The notes below the pieces were generated by a model, which worked only from the letters and a program-made list of their open reading frames with translations, was not told where the DNA came from and did not search any database. The position numbers and the translations under genes are program-made. 64,000 nucleotides of DNA from Colwellia sp. (GTDB lineage: Bacteria > Pseudomonadota > Gammaproteobacteria > Enterobacterales > Alteromonadaceae): the NCBI RefSeq assembly GCF_013214175.1, contig NZ_JABSPA010000001.1, positions 158,102 to 222,101 of the forward strand, written 5' to 3'. Position 1 is the first letter of the stretch, and every line of letters begins with the position of its first letter. Below, in pieces: positions 59,989 through 64,000 of the stretch.

Positions 59989-60116
59989 GTGAATTTAGCG
60001 TGAACTTTTTAACTTATATTATTTTCTGGATAGTATAACCTATTAAATTATTACCGATAAAAGATAAAAACATTATTTTTTATCACCCTATTTATTACCG
60101 TATAAAAGAGGCTTTT

Positions 60117-61160
60117 ATGGATATTACCGAATTACTTGCATTTAGCGTACAGCATAACGCATCAGATTTACATTTATCAACGGGCACACCACCGTCAATT
60201 CGTGTAGATGGTGATATACGTAAACTTAATATCCCAGCTTTTGATGCAAAAGATGTTAATGCTTTAGTGTATGACATTATGAATGACCGTCAGCGCAAAG
60301 AATATGAAGAAAATTTAGAGGTGGATTTCTCCTTTGAAGTTCCAGGATTAGCGCGCTTCAGGGTGAATGCTTTTAATCAAAATCGTGGTCCAGCAGCCGT
60401 ATTTCGTACCATCCCAAGTAAGATCTTGTCACTTGACGACTTAGGTTGTCCGGAAATATTTCGGGAGATTTCCGATACCCCGCGCGGCTTAGTTTTAGTA
60501 ACTGGGCCTACCGGCTCAGGTAAGTCAACTACCTTAGCGGCCATGGTTGATTATATAAACAATACCAAACACGATCATATTCTTACCATCGAAGATCCTA
60601 TCGAGTTTGTGCACGAGAACAAAAAGTGTTTGATTAACCAGAGGGAAGTCCATCGTGATACTTTGAGTTTTTCAGCCGCATTGCGCTCTGCCTTACGTGA
60701 AGATCCCGATGTTATTCTCGTTGGTGAAATGCGTGATTTAGAAACTATTCGCTTAGCCATGACAGCAGCAGAAACGGGTCATCTAGTCTTTGGTACACTG
60801 CATACTACTTCAGCGCCAAAAACTATTGACCGTATTATTGATGTTTTTCCGGGTGAAGAAAAATCTATGGTGCGTTCTATGCTTTCTGAGTCATTACGAG
60901 CCGTTATCTCTCAAACCTTGATTAAAAAGGTTGGTGGTGGTCGTGTTGCTGCCCATGAAATAATGATTGGTGTACCCGCTATTCGAAACCTGATTCGCGA
61001 AGATAAAATAGCGCAAATGTATTCGGCTATTCAAACCGGTATGCAACACGGTATGCAAACCATGGATCAGTGTCTGCAAAACCTAGTAAATCGCGGCATG
61101 ATTACCAAACAAGATGCCATGGAAAAAGCGGTTGATAAAAATCAATTTTCAGGTTTTTAG
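60117..61160 (+). CDS. pilT: Type IV pilus retraction ATPase PilT
   Basis: MDITELL, GPTGSGKSTT, EDPIE, ALREDPD, AIRNLIRE. Confidence 0.97.
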   Translation: MDITELLAFSVQHNASDLHLSTGTPPSIRVDGDIRKLNIPAFDAKDVNALVYDIMNDRQRKEYEENLEVDFSFEVPGLARFRVNAFNQNRGPAAVFRTIPSKILSLDDLGCPEIFREISDTPRGLVLVTGPTGSGKSTTLAAMVDYINNTKHDHILTIEDPIEFVHENKKCLINQREVHRDTLSFSAALRSALREDPDVILVGEMRDLETIRLAMTAAETGHLVFGTLHTTSAPKTIDRIIDVFPGEEKSMVRSMLSESLRAVISQTLIKKVGGGRVAAHEIMIGVPAIRNLIREDKIAQMYSAIQTGMQHGMQTMDQCLQNLVNRGMITKQDAMEKAVDKNQFSGF

Positions 61161-61199
61161 AACCTAGCTTTTGCCAGTAAAAGAAATAGAGGATATTAG

Positions 61200-62327
61200 A
61201 TGAGACTTCATCAATTATTAGAAAAAATGGTAAAAAAAGACGCTTCGGATATGTTTGTTACCGCAAAAATGGCGGTGAGCGCAAAGATAAATGGTGAGTT
61301 GCAACCGATAGATGATGTGGTATTAACGGCTGAAGAGTCTTTAGAACTTGTCCATGCCGCCATGAATGAAAAGCAGCAGAAGCAATTTCATAGCGAAAAA
61401 GAATGTAACTTTGCTATTGAAATTGATGATATTGGCCGTTTTCGTATCTCTGCTTTTTGGCAAAGAGATATGGCCGGTATGGTTGCTCGTCGTATCGTCA
61501 CTGTAATACCTGATGTTGACGATTTAGGTTTACCACAGATACTTAAAGAAGTTGTTATGTCTAAGCGTGGCTTAGTACTTTTTGTTGGTGGAACCGGTAC
61601 GGGTAAATCAACCTCAATGGCATCACTGATAGGTTATCGTAACCGTAATTCCTGTGGCCATATTTTAACCATTGAAGATCCGGTGGAATTTGTCCATGAA
61701 CATGGAAAAAGTATGATCACTCAGCGTGAAGTTGGTTTAGATACCGAATCTTTTGATGCGGCACTGCAAAGTTCATTACGACAGGCGCCCGATGTTATCT
61801 TAATTGGTGAAATCCGTAACCAAGAAATTATGGAGCATGCGCTTAGTTTTGCTGAAACGGGTCACTTATGTATTGCTACGCTGCATGCTAACAATGCCAA
61901 CCAAGCCATTGATCGGATTATGCATTTAGTACCAGCGGATCAACACGGTAAATTATTATTTGATTTGGCATTAAACTTACGCGGCATTATTGCTCAACAA
62001 CTGGTACCGACAAAAGACGGCCATAGTCGTGTTGCCGCCATTGAGATTTTACTTAACTCGCCTTATATCAGTGAACTTATCAAAAAAGGTGACATCGGTA
62101 GTATTAAAGAGGTTATGGAAAAGTCGAATGAATTGGGCATGCAAACGTTCGATCAGGCGCTTTTTAATCATTACCAAAATGGTTTGATCACTTATGCTGA
62201 TGCTTTACATCACGCTGATTCACCAAATGATTTACGCTTAATGATTAAATTACGTAGTAATGATCAAGCGGGTACCGGTGGATTATCTGGGGTAACGTTA
62301 GACGGTTTTGAGCCGACAGATAGCTAG
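61200..62327 (+). CDS. pilU: Type IV pilus ATPase PilU
   Basis: GGTGTGKST, LRQAPDVI, FAETGHL, GMQTFDQAL; follows pilT. Confidence 0.96.
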   Translation: MRLHQLLEKMVKKDASDMFVTAKMAVSAKINGELQPIDDVVLTAEESLELVHAAMNEKQQKQFHSEKECNFAIEIDDIGRFRISAFWQRDMAGMVARRIVTVIPDVDDLGLPQILKEVVMSKRGLVLFVGGTGTGKSTSMASLIGYRNRNSCGHILTIEDPVEFVHEHGKSMITQREVGLDTESFDAALQSSLRQAPDVILIGEIRNQEIMEHALSFAETGHLCIATLHANNANQAIDRIMHLVPADQHGKLLFDLALNLRGIIAQQLVPTKDGHSRVAAIEILLNSPYISELIKKGDIGSIKEVMEKSNELGMQTFDQALFNHYQNGLITYADALHHADSPNDLRLMIKLRSNDQAGTGGLSGVTLDGFEPTDS

Positions 62328-62433
62328 CAACTGTTGCCTTGTTAGTTACTATTACCTGGTGAGTAGCCTTTACTGACTTGCTGGTTATAACTGAGTTTTC
62401 GGGTATAACTGAGTCGTAGGCTATAAAATTCGA

Positions 62434-62478
62434 AAGCTGATATTTACTTATTTTCAAAAGTAACTATCAGCTTTTTTT
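62434..62478 (+). terminator. Intrinsic terminator after pilU
   Basis: AAAGCTGATA ... TATCAGCTTTTTTT. Confidence 0.6.
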
Positions 62479-62488
62479 ATAGCTGAAA

Positions 62489-62652
62489 TAATACCATTTG
62501 GATTAATTAAGGTTCCAGAATTCAATGAGAATAAATTTTCAAGAACAAGGCGCTTGATTGAGCAATAGCTGGCTATTGAGATTGAAAGCAACGATGTTAT
62601 TGGAACTTTAGGCCATTTGAAAATGATCACTTAGTTAGTGCAATTGGTATAA
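62489..62652. mobile_element. ERIC-like miniature inverted-repeat element, copy 4 (single module)
   Basis: Ends TAATACCATTTGGATTAATTAAG / CTTAGTTAGTGCAATTGGTATAA; core CAAGG..TTGATT..AATAG..CTATT..CAACG. Confidence 0.7.
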
Positions 62653-62706
62653 GTATCTTTAAGAGTCTAAGTCTTATGCTGATAGGTATTAGATGTTTAT
62701 TTTAAG

Positions 62707-63258
62707 TTAATCTGTGTTCTTGCTCGGCTGTGAACTATTACCAACATAATAGTAAAGCGTCCAAGTGGTAGAAAATATGCCCGATGTTGGTACTAAATGA
62801 GTTGAGAAGCTTACCTGCTCACTATGTTTAGCGTCTTGATTAGTAAAAACTGCCTTCATGCCATCATCGTGTTTTCTTTTACTCTCTTCTAATTGCCACT
62901 CATCGCCTAAGCATTGCTGAGTGATTTTTTTTGCATTGTGGTAATAGTTTTTCGCGGTTTCTTCATCTGGCGCAATTAAGCGACAAGAATAGGAATGTTG
63001 CTTGCCTCCCCATGAAAATACTTGGCAGCTTTCACCAAAAAGCTGATATTTAGCTTTCCACATATTACTGACTCTGCCGCCCACTTTTATCTCTTTAAGT
63101 TGCTTAAAGTCATCATAATAAGCACTTTTAAGTAAGTCGAGCTTAGTACAAGGGTTCGTCAGGGGCATAATGTTGGCGGAAATTTTTGTATTTTGATTAA
63201 CACAACTTGTCAAAAAGATGCTTGAGAGGATAAGGGTACATTTTGTAATTATTTTCAT
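62707..63258 (-). CDS. Hypothetical lipoprotein
   Basis: Lipobox LTSC after a hydrophobic stretch; several Cys; family not recognised. Confidence 0.7.
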   Translation of the reverse strand: MKIITKCTLILSSIFLTSCVNQNTKISANIMPLTNPCTKLDLLKSAYYDDFKQLKEIKVGGRVSNMWKAKYQLFGESCQVFSWGGKQHSYSCRLIAPDEETAKNYYHNAKKITQQCLGDEWQLEESKRKHDDGMKAVFTNQDAKHSEQVSFSTHLVPTSGIFSTTWTLYYYVGNSSQPSKNTD

Positions 63259-63515
63259 AAAACTATATCAGCCTGACGTAAAATTTTAAGGTAAATACTT
63301 GCTATTGGTGATGGTACAGAGTTTTAACTCTTTTTCCTAGCTAAGCTAGTGGTAAAATTCACTAGTGCAAGCAATAAAAAGATAAAAAGCAACAGGGTGT
63401 TAGGGTGACTTTAACGCTATATCATAGTGAAAAGAGTTATGTTTTTAGCAAGTTAAATAGCTTAAAATAGAAACATTATTTTTCTTATTTATTACAACTC
63501 TTTAGACTAAGCCTC

Positions 63516-64000
63516 ATGATGCCTATTTCACCTTTAAGTAAAGAAACATTCGACAGTATCCAAGCCAAAATAGACCATAAAACTAAACCACTAGGCGCCT
63601 TAGGTGCACTTGAACCCTTGGCTTTACAACTCGCTTTAATTAACCAGCAAAGACGAGAAAACAACTGCAAGCTTGCTAGTGCTAGCTTATCTAACACTGT
63701 TGATGAAGCCAGTGAAAAAATAAGTATGAAAATGCCGAGCATGTTGGTTTTTGCTGGCGATCACGGCATCAATGAAGAAAAATTAAGTATTGCCCCCAGT
63801 GAAGTGACCCAGCAAATGGTAGTCAATTTTTTACAAGGCGGTGCAGCGATAAACTGCTTTTGCCAAAGTAATGAGCTTGCCTTAACTGTGATTGATTGCG
63901 GTATATTACAAGCCATTAATCAGCATGAAGTTCCTCAAGTGGTAAAGGATAAAAAGGGCGCTGTTAAGCTTATTGAGCAACGACTTGGCGCCGGTACGCA
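63516..64000 (+). CDS. cobT: Nicotinate-nucleotide:dimethylbenzimidazole phosphoribosyltransferase (3'-truncated by window edge)
   Basis: KTKPLGALG.LE, VFAGDHG, FLQGGAAIN, IDCG motifs; open to the window end and absent from the ORF track. Confidence 0.93.
   Translation, partial: MMPISPLSKETFDSIQAKIDHKTKPLGALGALEPLALQLALINQQRRENNCKLASASLSNTVDEASEKISMKMPSMLVFAGDHGINEEKLSIAPSEVTQQMVVNFLQGGAAINCFCQSNELALTVIDCGILQAINQHEVPQVVKDKKGAVKLIEQRLGAGT

Noticed and set aside
382-62457. Numerous short antisense or alternate-frame ORFs in the track (e.g. 1491-1685, 9762-10028, 24892-25227, 39951-40304, 51062-51562)
   Set aside because: They lie wholly within well-supported genes and show no independent RBS or family signal, consistent with shadow ORFs.
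63259-63515. Cobalamin riboswitch upstream of cobT
   Set aside because: No B12-box or conserved GGGAA/GCCACTG elements recognised; the region is AT-rich.
1-64000. CRISPR array, rRNA or tRNA genes
   Set aside because: No regularly spaced repeat-spacer series and no recognisable tRNA or rRNA sequence; the repeats found are dispersed palindromic elements or short tandem repeats.

Overview
AT-rich marine gammaproteobacterial chromosome segment; gene set and order suggest Colwellia/Alteromonadales (inference). The core backbone runs dnaX-ybaB ... recR, yciH, etfAB/ETF-QO, cinA, dapA, purL-mltF ... tadA-hemW-rdgB-yggT-proC-yggS, pilTU and cobT. Two accessory blocks interrupt it. (1) A ~21 kb beta-glucoside/cellodextrin utilisation locus separates ybaB from recR. 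It encodes a TonB-dependent receptor, GH1, a GH3 lipoprotein, glucokinase, three intact sugar permeases plus a collapsed permease pseudogene, a LacI regulator with six TGTAAGCGCTTACA-type operators, a flavin-dependent halogenase-like gene, and a permease + cellobionic-acid-phosphorylase-like GH94 + gluconokinase + stand-alone CBM9-like operon. (2) An ~11 kb signalling block lies between mltF and tadA. It holds a DUF3718-like gene, a perfect Pho box driving an unannotated 49-codon ORF, an FHA/PP2C/Ser-Thr kinase trio, and a 1780-aa hybrid histidine kinase with an in-frame (ADK)8 repeat. Other observations: an intact dnaX -1 frameshift cassette, LiuR- and PsrA-like boxes at etf, a plant-type DapA, and four modular ERIC-like miniature inverted-repeat elements. 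No rRNA, tRNA, CRISPR array, integrase or transposase was recognised. All family assignments come from motif recognition and recalled sequences, not database searches.
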